Positions 14,493 to 28,509 of a DNA stretch of 64,000 nucleotides are shown piece by piece (within the stretch, counting starts at the first letter, position 1; each line of letters starts with the position of its first letter). The position numbers and the translations under genes are program-made. The stretch is taken from the NCBI GenBank assembly GCA_012295275.1, contig CM022669.1, positions 7,130,001 through 7,194,000 of the forward strand, written 5' to 3'. The notes beneath the pieces are model-generated. The model was not told the DNA's origin and did not search any database. It saw only the letters and a list, made by a program, of their open reading frames with translations. Source of the DNA: Chrysomallon squamiferum (taxonomy: Eukaryota; Animalia; Mollusca).

Positions 14493-15472
14493 GGAGTCTC
14501 TCTTTCTCTCAAAGGAGTATGATGATACGTTTTAAAAGTTGATGAAAAAAGAAGCCAAAGAATGTGCAGATTCATAAAATAACAAACACACACACAAAGT
14601 TTACATCATCACTGCATGCAGCTATTTATTTCTGAACTGAATTCTTCGGAACACCGAGTGTCGAAGCATGCTAAGATAACAGTAATGTGGGAACTGCATG
14701 ATATGAGCTGCGTGAATGAAATGAAATTATCTCAAACTGGAACTTTGACATTCATTGATACCAGTGCTTGAACTAGAACATTCTTTGTTTTAACTTTTAC
14801 CATTCCTTATCGGACGCACAGACATATAAATAAATACCTTAATTAAATTAAATTAAATTAAAATTAAAATTAAAATTAAAAACAGCCATGCAAAAAAATA
14901 AATAAATAAATAAATAAATAATACAAACACAGAGACAAACAAAAAACAACTTGAGCACACACATTCAAGCATTCCCAATTAAGAGAAAAGAAAAGTAATA
15001 ACATGTGGCTGAAGAAATTAGTCCAGGTTGTGAAAGTTTTATTCAATTAATAAATGATTAATGGCGCTTCTGGCAAGCAACAAGAGTTCTTGCAGTTTCT
15101 GGTTCTGCTGTGAGCAGATGCAGTTTCTAATAATAGCAGAGTACAAGACAAAGGCGTGTCAAAATGCAATGCTATCTGAACAGACCCGCTATGATGTAAA
15201 GTAACTTAAAGTGCAGCAAAGAAACACACACGTTCTTGTGAGACCAAATTATTTATGTTTCTTCTCAGTTGGACGTATGCAAAATTCAGCTTCTCAGACT
15301 GTTTGTGTTTAAAATTACAACAATAACAATAACAATAAATAAATAAATAAATAAACAAACAAACAAACCAAAAAAAATAAAATAATAATAATTAAGAATA
15401 AATAAGTAAATAAATAAAACAATTTATGAGTCGGTCCCACCTTAATAATAGTAACAATAATAACGGCAATAA

Positions 15473-15520
<48 letters not shown>

Positions 15521-17042
15521 CAAATACCAAACTGGATATATATAATTTTAAAACACTATGTATTTTTAATATAGTTAAATGGATGATACAGATAATGAGA
15601 GAGTAAACTTACCGCCTCTAATAAATGGGATTAGCATTAAATTTGACATTACGTGACTTTTAGGTTGAACTGCAGGCACAGACCCAGAAAATAATGTCAC
15701 ATTTGGAAATTGTAATGGAAATTATGTCCATTTGTGTGGTTTTTTTTTGTGTTTTTTTTTAATTATTTTTTTAATCAGTAATATACGCATACACACAATT
15801 TATTATAAATATTATTACTATTATTATTATTATTTTTATGGACAAGATCTCTACGCCCTAATATCTTCGTCATCGTAATATGATTATGAGATACCAGTGA
15901 CAGAAACTCGAGATCTAGAATCACACTGCAAGTTAACTCGGCCGTTTGTTTTTATTTGGTTCTTTCCTTCTGACATAAAATAAACTAAAAGATAAATATT
16001 TTTTAAATTCAAAAGTACATGTATATCTTATTTATTGCTTCTTTCGTTTTATTTTCCCCTAAAGTTAAAAAAGGAAAAAAAGAAAACAAACAAAAAAAGA
16101 AACCCATATTTTTAAATAGAAAAGAAAAAAGAGAGAAAAAAAAAAAAAAAAGAGAGAGAAAAAAAAAAAAAGAAAGAAAGAAAGAAAGAAGAAGAAAAAA
16201 ATCCTAAAAAAAAAGCGAAAAGTTCCCCAAAAAGAGTAACAAAACATCAAGTACTGGTTGTTTACAGAGTTCGCGCAAACGGCTGAACTGTTGTTTATCT
16301 TGGTTTAAAACTCTAGCCCGGCAGAAGTCCCATAGAACCTCTTTTTAGTACATTTTTATTTTATTTTTTATTTCTTCTTCTTTTTCTTCTTTGTTTTTCT
16401 TCTTATTATTATAATTTGATTTATTTTGTAAATTTTTATTATTATTATTATTATTATTAGATCGTATCACCATCAAGGATGGCCCCATAACATCAGAGAC
16501 AATTATTTCGTGAACAGAAAAAAAAAAAAAAAAAAAAGGTAAGAAAAAAAGAAACATAATGTTTAATATGTTTTCAGACATATTTTCATATCAAATCAAG
16601 AGCAGTTTCCCCTTCTTGATAATCTCAAGTTATAATACGAAATAGAATAATCATGAAAATATTGAATATTATTCAAAGATACATTTGACTAATTTTTGAA
16701 TTTGTATTTTAGAGGGCTTTTAGCGCCCTAGACACTCATAAATTTCGCATTTTGCAATTATACAAACTGAGTACCAAGCTAGATAATTAATTCTAAATTA
16801 TTTTGTTTTCAAATGAACATGTTTTATTATTTTTCCTTTCCTTTTATTAGTAAAATATTATTGCTGAATTATTTCACTTTCTAAGTAATGTAATATGTCA
16901 GAAATAATCGGAACACATGCATAAACGCACACAAAAATCGTACCTTTTCGAAACCCTAATCTTTGTCGTTAATACTTTTGCAGAAGTCCAGCCATGTAAG
17001 GGTGACAACTCTAAGGTCTATTTATTTTCTTCATAAATCAAG

Positions 17043-18195
17043 ATGGCTACCGAAGCTCTTCGTGCCGAAAACCCCGATTCTTTGGAAGCATTGAACAGAG
17101 AAGCAGAAGATCTCAAATCGAAGTTAGAAGAAGAAAAAGATAAGCTCAATGATGTAGATAGTAAGTATTATTTGTCACTGATCTAGCGTGAGTGTAACTG
17201 TAAGGGCGTGAAAACATACCAATATCTATAACTGTATAAGTTATGTTACGAATGAAACTTACTACTTAGCCTATTAAATCTAGAGGCATTGGCAGATTGT
17301 GATCATCTACACTTTCACTTTGCTGATTTTAATGTTGTATTTTTCAGTGTGTGTTCTGGGTCAGAGACTGGACAGTCTGCCTCCATTAAACATCAAACCA
17401 CGACGAGTGTTGAAGGGACACCAGGGGAAAGTCCTCTGCATGGACTGGTCATCTGACAAGCGACACATAGTGAGCTCATCACAGGTACAGAAACAGAGAT
17501 AATAAGTGAAACATACATGTTATAGTGCGATTTAATGATAAAAGATGAAATAATGAATGACAAAGTAGTAGTGTGCGAGTGACAGACAAGCAGAATGCAA
17601 GGGAAATCGACAAGACATACTGAGTATGTGTAAAAGGAAGGTGTGATAAACTTGGAATGAATGAAATAAAAAACAGATATAATTTTTTTTTTGCAAGGTG
17701 ATGTTCTTGATATATCTGTTAGTTTTGTTTATACCTTTTTTTTTTCATGACTGAAAGTGAAAACATTTTGGATGAAAATGATCTAGGCATCTCTGAACTA
17801 TTATAATCTTACAAGTTGACATAATGATTGTGTTTTCTCTAATAAACTGTACACAATGATTTTTTAATCATAATGTCTCAGTGTCTCAACGTAGTTACTG
17901 TATGACAGTATAAGCGAAAAACCTTTTTAGCGTCATCAGAACCTGACTAGAATGAAACTGAGATTAATGTCTCTACTAGTGTGACTAAGTGATATAGTTG
18001 TATACACGGACATGGTGTAAGCACATTTATCAGTTTCCTGATACAGAAAAACTCAGGATGTATGACTCTGTCATTTTGTTTCAGCAGGAAGCATGAATTG
18101 GTATCATTTATCATCTCAGCCTTTTAACATTAATAAACAACTGTATAATTATAAATTACTTGACACAATAACGATAATAATTATAATAATAATAA

Positions 18196-18226
<31 letters not shown>

Positions 18227-20214
18227 AAAAATATATATATATATTTAAACACGGACATGGTGTAAGCACATTTATCAGTTTCCTGATACAGAAAAACTCG
18301 GGATGTATGACTGACAAGTTGTTTCATCAGGAAACATGAGCTTGAATCATTTACCATCTCAGCCTTTAACATTAATAAACAACTGGATAATTATATATTA
18401 CTTGACACAGTAATAATAATAATAATAATAATAATAAATTAAATAAACAAATAATTAAAAAATATATAACTATTAATAATAAAAAAAAAAAAATGAAAGA
18501 AAGAAAGAAAAGTTAAAAAGAATATATATTTTTATTTTTATTGAGAAACATTTTTTTATTTGAACATGTGCGTATTATCTTTTTTCAGGATGGCAAAATG
18601 TTGGTGTGGGATGCTTTCACAACAAACAAGGTGATTCACATAAACAAAACAAGTCAAAAAATTAAACCAGACAAAAAACCCCTAATGAAATGACTTAACT
18701 GCTGAAAATACGTTTCCAGAAATTAATAAATAAAACAGATTTGTATCTTACACGTTAAATAAATAATTTAGTTTTATTAAAATTAATTATATATAATTAA
18801 AATCATCATGATGCAAATACTCTTCTACCATCGATTATTAGATATTGAATATATGCTTTAAAAAATTATGTTTTAGATTTTTATTTTATTTTTTAATTTA
18901 AAATTTGTTATTGATATGATTTATATAATTTTGACAGGAACATGCTGTTACCATGCCAACCACCTGGGTGATGGCTTGTTCCTATGGCCCTTCTGGGAGT
19001 GTTGTTGCATGTGGGTAAGTAATTGTTAATAAATACCTATTAATAATAATAATAAAATAAATTCCCTGTAAATTATTTTAAAACTTTTTTATTTTTAATT
19101 ATGCAGTTTTATGCTGTTGTTATATTAATAAAGATGAATGGACAACAAATACTAATCGGCTCTCTGGTTTTAGGCAGTACGCTAATAAAAATGTTTCTGA
19201 ATCATTATATTCTACAATACTGAATTAGTTACAAGGGAGGAATGATATGTTTTAATCAGTCACACACTCAGGGCATTTAATTTAGAGATTATAAATAATT
19301 TTTTATTTAACAATATAACACATTTTATGTAGTAATATAAACTTTTTATTGAGTGACATAATTTTATATAGCAATATAACACATTTTATTTAGTGATATA
19401 ATTTTACGTAGCAGTATAACACATTTTATTTAATGATGTAACACATGTTATTTATGATCATATGGTGCTGCACATACAATTCAGATAACAAGAGATAATG
19501 TGAAACTGCCACACTGATTTCTACAAAGATACACTAAGACATATTGTTTGCCCATGCTGGTCACAAACAACTACTATTTTCCAGAAATTTTAGTCTTTTG
19601 GCACTATTAGTCTTTGTAGTGATATTGATTGTAGATATTTGATAATGTTTATTCAGAGAACTAGGTAACACACACACAGTCTACACTATAACACATTTTA
19701 TTTAATGATACAACATTTTATTCAGCTATATAACACATTTTGTTTATGATCATATGGTTTTGGACATATAGTTCAGATAACGACAGATGATTTGAAACTG
19801 CCAATCTACTTTTATTTCTACATGCATACACTAATAGTCATTGTTTGCCCATGCTCGTCACAAACTTTATAATACTTTTTGCCACCAATTTTAGTCTTTT
19901 TACATTATTTTTCTTTGTAGTGATATTAACTTGTGATGTTTGATAATGTTAATTCAGAGGATTAGATAATAAATGCACAATCAACACTGAGTTTGTACAA
20001 GAATATTAACTTGAGATATTTGATGATGTTTATTCAGAGGACTAGATAACAAATGCACAATCTACCCTCTGAGTTTAGACGAAGATCCTGCAACAAAGAA
20101 GAAAGCAGTGGCAACACACACAAGTTACTTATCTTGTTGTTCCTTCACCTCATCTGATTATCAGGTTTCATTATTAACTTATTTTTTTATTACTTTTTAA
20201 TTTTGTTTGTTGAT

Positions 20215-20245
<31 letters not shown>

Positions 20246-23200
20246 GTTGTGGTTTTTATCAATTGTTTATTTATTTATTTATTTTATTTATTTTATTTAT
20301 TTTATTATTTTAAGTACAGACAGTTTAGGAAAGAGTTCTTAAAATTTTATATAATGATACAAAACATGTATATTAAGAAATAACACATTTTATACACAGC
20401 TGTCTAATATTGGGCATATTATTAAGAACTACTCTTATTTAGAAACCAATTTTCTGTTTCAATAGTAACAAAGATATTTTTTCACAACACTAGTTTTCAA
20501 ATTGAAGATAACTAAATGCTAAGCTGGATATGTATATATTTGTAAATGTATTTGATTGAATTGGTTGATTTATTGCAAATATACAATGATGTTTTCAATT
20601 AGATACTAACAGGAAGTGGAGACAGCACTTGTGCATTGTGGGATGTAGAAAGCAGTCAGCTGATTCAGAGTTTCCATGGACATGCAGGGGATGTGATGAG
20701 TATTGATCTGTCTCCAACAGAGACAGGAAATACATTTGTTTCAGGGGTGAGGACTCAATATTTATGTCAATGAATAATTAACAAAAGAATGTTAAAATGA
20801 CATACCGTATATACTTGTGTATAAGTCGAATTTTTGGGAGACTATATTAAGGTAATATTTTGGTGGTCGACTTATACATAGGTAATGCTTTTGTAGCTGT
20901 TGCTGAAGAGTTGCCATTTTGATTATTTTTTGCTATGGGATGCATCTAAAATAATCGCGGTCTTTCAGCTTTTCAAAAATATAATTTTATCGTATACAAA
21001 AATTTGAAAAATTAAATAACAAAACCAAATATGAATTTAAAACATGATATTCTTCTGTTTAATGACATAAAAATACATTTTAAAGCGAGAAAACCGTCAG
21101 TATGGCGTTATGCCTTATGGCGTCTTGCAATGATTTAGGCTGATTCTGTAATACATGCATTTACATTATTATGGTATGTTCGTGCAAGTTACAGCTCGTG
21201 CAAGTTATGTTATAGTAGGCGTACAATGTAGGCCTTCATGGCACTCTCACACTGGTCTAAAAATAGTGACGGTGCCTGGAATCTACATTCGACTTATACA
21301 CAAGTAATACCTAAAATGATGCAATTTTTGGTCTTAAAATACATATTGACTTATATATAAGGTCGCCTTGTACACAAGTATATACGGTAGTTCAGTTATA
21401 AATGTTAACAACTACAAATGCATTAAAACAACACTACATAAAATAAATGTCTGTCAGAATGGAATAAAAAAGCATATTTCATTCCTAGACAAATAAATTC
21501 TGAGTATCTTAGAATACAATAATCCACAAAATACTAATATAATCTTAATATCTGATGTGTGATTTAATCTTTTGGATGTAACAATTTCTGAATGGGTATG
21601 TAATGTCTTTTAATATGCTGCACACTTTCTGTATGAAACTTTCTGAAATGTTTTAAACGGATGAACGTGTTTTTTTCTCACTAACATTTCTGTTTGTGTA
21701 ACTAAGGGCTGTGACAAGGTTGCCATGGTGTGGGACATGAGGACAGGGGACTGTGTCCAGGTGTTTGATGGACATGACTCGGACATCAACAGTGTTAAAT
21801 TCTACCCCAGTGGTGATGCCTTTGCTACTGGTTCAGATGATGCCACGGTAAATTGCAGTTAACTTAATGTGTTTGGATTTGGTGTGTAAGAATTTGCCAA
21901 AATGCACTGCAACATTTTATACTGGATAATAAAAACATTGGGAAATTTTTGTCTTTTAAACGAAACCACTGAAAAGTTATATTAATTTAAGCTGTAATAA
22001 AAAGGTTGTTTTTTTTTAAAATTATAATTACATTCTTATAATGTAATAAATCCAAAATAACTTAATATATAATGTGAACATTTTGTGATTTATTGTTGTT
22101 GTTGTTGTTGTTGTTTAAGGGTATTTGAAATACATTTCTTGTGTCTGTTTTTTTCCAGTGTCGACTGTTTGATCTGAGGGCTGACAGAGAGGTGAACTGT
22201 TACAAGAAAGAAAGCATTATCTTCGGGTGTAATGCTGTACACTTTTCTGTCAGTGGTATGTTGCTTTTCTCTGGTCTATGTTGTGTGTGTGTGTGTGTAT
22301 ATGATAGAAAACCCACCCAAGTGTGAAACTTAGTACAGATAAGTATACTGCTTGTTGTTGTCTTTAATAAGTCTTGTATAATAACACACACACATTCATT
22401 TGCTTATATTCAGAAATGCATACCAAATTTATACCATTATACCAACACTACCATTTTGATTTACTTTCATTTACTCTTTATAAAATGACATTTTCATGCT
22501 TCATAATGCTGATAGGAAAAACAATTTATTAAAAATTAAAAATCAAGGTTATAATTTCTATAATAGTAATAATACAGAACTAATAAATACATATATAGTG
22601 TATGTGTGTGTGTGTAAAGGCTATATTCATATTTTATATTTTATATTTTGTATCAGTAGCATTAAAAATTTTACTAATGATTAATGTTCCTTTGTTTTAC
22701 CTTTCTAAGATGTTGGTTTTCAGAAACATTATCAGATTATTTTTGTAATTAAAATAATTATTTCATTACTTACAGGGCGATTATTATTTGGAGGTTACAA
22801 CGATTACACCATCAATGTGTGGGATGTTTTGAAAGGCACCCGACTTAATATTCTTTATGGCCATGAAAACAGAGTTACATGCCTTGGAGTGTCACCAGAT
22901 GGCACTGCTCTGTGTACTGGAAGTTGGGACTATACATTAAGGGTAACTTTAAGTATATTTTAAGGAGATGTTTAAGATAACATATTAGATAATATTGGAA
23001 CTATATATATTAGTTGAAATTCAGAATATATATTGATTATATAAGTGTGTGTGTGTATAATTGTTTTTCAGTTATCATTATTTTTCTGTTACTGTTACTG
23101 TTTTATTTTTATTTATTGTTCTTGTTATTATTATTATTGGTGTTTTGGTTTTGTCATTGTTCTTAAATGATTTTTTTTTTTCCTTTTTTTGTGAAAAGGG

Positions 23201-23342
23201 GTTATTGATTTTATTTAATTTAAAACTGAGAAGTGTCCATCCAAAGAAACATATTCTCACAAAACAATAAGCATACAAATCATTTTGTTTTGCTTTTAAA
23301 AAACATGTAAATTACAACTTTGTTTTATAGGTATGGGCATAA
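17043..23342 (+). CDS. GNB5: Guanine nucleotide-binding protein subunit beta-5 (WD40 repeat), 353 aa
   Basis: Seen: exons 17043-17160, 17348-17484, 18589-18630, 18938-19014, 20038-20164, 20603-20746, 21707-21847, 22159-22255, 22776-22942, 23331-23342; all GT-AG, 1062 nt open. Recognised G-beta5 motifs: MATE start, [73 protein letters not shown]-terminal LRVWA*. Confidence 0.97.
18004..18410. repeat. Direct duplication of ~165 bp within GNB5 intron 2
   Basis: Seen: ACACGGACATGGTGTAAGCACATTTATCAGTTTCCTGATACAGAAAAACTC...CTTGACACA at ~18004-18168 and again at ~18249-18409, each followed by (AAT)n. Confidence 0.85.
19400..20070 (+). repeat. Degenerate tandem duplications of the GNB5 intron-4/exon-5 boundary
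   Basis: Seen: ~290-300 bp unit twice (~19400-19688, ~19688-19990), each ending in a copy of the exon-5 acceptor (attcag|AG.A.TAG.TAA at 19657 and 19958); true acceptor at 20038. Confidence 0.8.
20805..21387. mobile_element. Non-autonomous Tc1/mariner-superfamily (Tc2-like) MITE, 583 bp, in GNB5 intron 6
   Basis: Seen: TIRs CCGTATATACTTGTGTA (17 bp perfect, ~25 bp imperfect), TA duplicated at 20803-20804 and 21388-21389, subterminal (TC)GACTTATA repeats, no ORF. Established: CCGTA termini with TA TSD are typical of Tc2-type elements. Confidence 0.88.
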
Positions 23343-26300
23343 TGCTGTTAATGACAGTGTAGCAGGAAAAGATAACCACGAATACTTACATCAGTGCACA
23401 TTAACTACAGTGACTGAGCTTGCAGTAAGCACCATGACATAGTGAGGAGCAGATAAGTCATTAAAAAAGTCCTCCTTAGTGACTGCACATTGTTATTATG
23501 CATTAGTATATGTCTATTAATAATAAATATATAAATTAGAAAAACAATGAAATAATAATAATGGAGGATGTTTGTAAACCACTAAGTCATATTTTTTTGT
23601 TTTTTTGTTACTGTATATATTTTTATGTAGAACTAAATGTGTTTCAGATTTTAATTTTGTTTCCAATGGATGCAATTTATGTTTTGAAAATTAATCTGAT
23701 GAGAATTAAGGATCAAGTTGAAATTTTTATACTAAACATGTGATTATTGCAACAAAAAAAAATGGTCTAAACTTACCAATCGTTTACACACAGAGTGTAT
23801 ATTTGCTTATGGAGATTTATTAGTCTCATTGTTGTCAGTTATTTGACAAATTATTACATTATAATAAATGAAATAATTATTTTAAGTTATGTATTGATTT
23901 CAGTTTGTTATTTCAGTTTGTTATTTCCAACAAGAAAGAATGATTTTTTATGTGTTTTGATATGTAAACAAATTTCGAAAATCACCTTTTTTTGTTTATT
24001 TAATAAAAATAAAAACAAGCCAGTCATAATTATATATTACTAGTCATTTACAGATGTGGGTTATATAGTTAAATGGGACCAGAGTTCTTTGTCACAAGTG
24101 CAATATTATGTTTTTGTTGTTATCTTTTTGCATTTATATTAATAGCATTTTATTAACATGTGCAAGATTTCTGTGTTCTGTTGTTAATATCTGGATAGCA
24201 TAATAATAACAAAATGTTTAGCTTATTGAGTGTACATAATAATGAATGTTAAGTTGTTGTAATTTAGGTCTGTGAACTTGTGGATATTTTCAAAGTATGC
24301 ATGGCCACAAACATAATTTGTACATACATAACATGCATGCATATATACAGACACGTACAATTATGTTTTTAAAATATGTGTGTGTATGTTCATGTTTGTT
24401 GGAATGCATATCTTGAATATGTATGTTTGTATGTATGTACGTATGTATGCATGCATGTATGTATGTATGTATGTATGTATGTATGTGTATAGACACATTT
24501 ATGTAGTGTGTAATAGTGCTTTTATTTCAGAATTTTTATTTATATACACTATATTAATATTTTAGATAAAATAAGCCTGCATTAAGAAATGTATATACTC
24601 AAATTTATGTAAAATGTTATAGTCCTTTTATTTCAGATTTTTAGTTTGTTTACAGAATATTAAGAGAGAAAAAAGACAAGAAAGTATTATTTACAGTGAC
24701 AGTAGTCAGGGAAAGCAGGCAATAATTGTTATTTTCATTTATTTTTGTTAAATTTACAATTGTTTTTGTAGTGTTTATTGTTTATGAAATATTCTGATCA
24801 CTGAAATTTACATTTTTTAATATGATCATTGTTTCTGAGTTTTAAATGATATTTTACATTTTTTGCTCATTTTATGTTTTAGATAGTTTAAGATTTTTAA
24901 TTGCATTTACTGGCATTTTGAAAAACATTTATTTTGTGTGATACTAAAATTTTTTTTTTTTTTTTATTCATCATTTATATTTAGAAGAAAAAATAAGTTC
25001 ATCAAAAACTAAATATTTATATAAATTTTATTAAATTTAATAAATTTTGAAAATTAATTTACTAAATTTTGAAAATAAGTTTAAATGTCAGTATTTAATG
25101 ATATTGCTTTAAATATTTATTTTGATATTCTTTTTTATTTCATTTACTATTTATTTCATTATAAACATCAAAAAATCTCAAAGAAACCTCTAAACCTTTA
25201 AAATAACACAAATTTGTAATTGCATTTTTATTTCAATTAAAAATTAATCTGATATGATGTATTATTATTATTATTATTATTATTATTTTTTTTTTATTAT
25301 TTTTATTTTTATTTTTATTTTTATTTTTATTTTTATTTTTATTTTTATTTTTATTTTTATTTTTATTTTTAATTTACTTGAAGACAGTTGTGAGATTTTT
25401 GTATGTTATAATCTATGTGGAATATGCATGCCTAACGGTAACAAATGAACAAGTTAATTAGAGATTTTGGAAATACTTGCGTTAGTTTAATTAACAGAAA
25501 AAGAAAATTTAAAATTAAAGTATCTGATATAATCAATGTACCCAGTCCCATTTCCATAAATGAATTTTGTTTATATATTGATTTATGTTTTGTTTTTAAT
25601 GTTACGTTTTATTGTATTTTTCTGTGAGCCACTGAACTAAAGAAAATAAATAAATATTTATTTTTGTTTTGTTTTAATGTAAACAAATTTGTTTTATCAG
25701 TCAAACTTGCATAAATATTATTTTATGGAGATAATGAAAGAACGTTTTCCTTGAACCACAGGTTTTTATTTATTTTTTATTTTTTTAAAGTTTATCTTTG
25801 GTAATATAAAGAAGTAATCTTAATACATTCTGCATTACATCAAAGTTATGTTTTATTTATTTATTTGTTTATTTACTTTAATCCATTCTTAATAATAAAA
25901 ATAGATCAAAAAAATATTAGTGCTGTTTTTCTGTGATTCTGACATCATCACATAGAGGAAAGACTGGTTTCCACTAAAATTATCAGAAAAACAGTAGACT
26001 GTAGTTCCACTAGATACTTGATGATGTCATGTCTCTAGTTATGAAAAGATAAAACACTGACACTGAAATCTTCTGTAACCATATTTTTTTAATGTTATAT
26101 TTCATTATTAACAAAACAGTAATAACATGGGAAAGCATAAAGAATTTTATTAGACCATTTATTCATATTACCATATGTACATTTTTAAAGAAATGTGTCA
26201 AGATGTTATCAATACTAATGTATGTGTTGCAGTATTTGTTAATGATTTTTATTATTCACTTTGTTGGTATCTGAATAGTATCAAAAGGCCATGCATTCTA

Positions 26301-28509
26301 GCAAAACAAAAAACATTTAAAAATGTATTTATTTGTCTTACGTCTTTCTCCTTAACTTTAATAATATTCCTTATGTTTATATGGATTTTACATAAATAAA
26401 TACTGACATTTCTTTTTTTTTTTTTTTAAATTTCAAAGATATTCTAAAATAATAAAATAACATTATAAAATAATAATTAAATACAAAAGAATTAATTTTC
26501 GGCATACTTAATCACACTTTTTAAATTAAACTATCATGAATTGTTTTCAACATTTATTTTTAATTTATTTATTTTATTTTAAACCAGAATTAGTTAATTG
26601 TGTTAACTTTTGATCTCACCTCATGAAGAAAATAACATCAAATTGATATTACAAAATGGTAAACTTCACCCATGAAAAGAAATCTCTTAAGAGTTGTGCG
26701 TGAGTATATATGTGTGTATATACATGTGTGTGTCAGAGGGGGAGAGAGAGAGAAAATATCTTAATAAATCTCAGTGGTGTGAAACTGGTATTAAAATATT
26801 TATCAAATTTAACTTATGGCACAATTTTACTTTTAATTTCTGTGATCACTAAAATATTTTTAGTTGCCAATTTTTTTTGTTCTTTTTGTTTTGTTTTATC
26901 TACTTACATGTTTTGTTTAATGTGGCTCTGTAGTTTATTACATTTATAATCAAAAGAAACAAAAATTAATAAACTAATTTTCTTTCTGTAAAAACTGTTG
27001 AATGCAACTGATTTTGATAGGAAGAATCACATTGTTCATAAAATGCAATCACTTTACTTCATGAGATTTTTACTTTCTAAAATCATTTATCTGATATTTA
27101 CTTAAATAAAACATAAAAACCATCATGTTTGTTTTAAAACAACGATTCATAAATGATTGATTCATACATATAATACAGATATTTGATTCACTGCAAACAG
27201 ATTGATTCATAATGAACAGATTGATTAAGAAACAATTATTACAGCTTCGTTACCCAAATGTGTTCAGTTAAAAGATATCTAAAACTATTTAAATGTTTCA
27301 ATATAACTAAAATACTGTGTGTGTGTGTGTGTGTGAGACCCATCACTGAATCAAGTCACATGGCCAATGTTGCCAAATGTTTAGCTTTAGTAATTGTGGA
27401 CTGACATAGAACATTCAGGGATGAATTAACATTAAAGTGATAGTGTTGGGATATGAAAATGTTCATACCTTCAATCAGTCAGAATACAACAGGACCTGTT
27501 TTCATGTGATGGGTCACGTGTTCTATGTGTTGCTTAGTATTTTTTTTTTTTTTTTTTTTTTAATATTAGACTGGGTTTTTTTGGCACTCAGTTGTTAGTT
27601 ATGATATCATCATGTAAAATCATGCAATAAACTGTCAGTTTTGACACCTACAGGTTTTGTTGAATTTTTTTATTTTATATAGATATGTATCTTCTATCAG
27701 TGATCTAGTCCTAGACTGTGTACAATTAAATTATTCTAAAAGATTATTTATTTAGAATGTGGAGTGTACACCAAAATTTATATTTAAATAAAATCTCAAT
27801 TTGATAAATTACAAGCTAAATTATTAACTAAATTTAAGTTACCATAGATAAAAACCAACATAAACTATGTAAGATAAATAATACGTTATCAAAGTTTTAT
27901 TTTTATTTGTGACAATATTTATTTATTTATGATTTTTTGTCAGTTTCTGTTTCTGCTAGGAATCCTCCATCAATTTTCACAAAAGATGGTGAAAACAACT
28001 AAATTTAACAATATATTTATCTTTTTGTTTTAACTGTTACTCAGTGATGATAAAATTATCAATAAAATATATTAAATTTATTAAATATAATAAATAATCT
28101 TCATTCATGCATAAAAACTTGTTCATTTAATATATCAAACAAAATACATATAACTACATTATAAGAGTCATGCATGAACACAAAAATAATTATGTAATCT
28201 ATCCTAAGATACGATAATTACGTGTATTGGTGTAAGGGAAGCAACTCTAAAACAATATCTTCACGTTTAATATTTCTGTTACTACTAAAGAAAATAGATT
28301 AGTTGCAGTAGCAGTAATAATAGTTATCTAATTCTTTGAAAATGACTGCTCACTAAGTTATCCACTATATTATTATCATCAGAAAGTAAATAATTAAAGC
28401 CAAGAGAATAGAGAAAATATCACATTTGTCCACTGCAAAGTTAAAAAATGGACAGTTGCTCTCTGCCAGCCACTGCCCCCCCCCCCACCAGGATATTCTT
28501 TAAAATGGC

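Noticed and set aside
2319-16581. Many ORFs rich in poly-L/I/Y/H/ER/K (e.g. 2319-2738, 7830-8165, 8288-8588, 14351-14593, 16019-16250)
   Set aside because: Translations of microsatellites and homopolymer runs with no splice or homology support.
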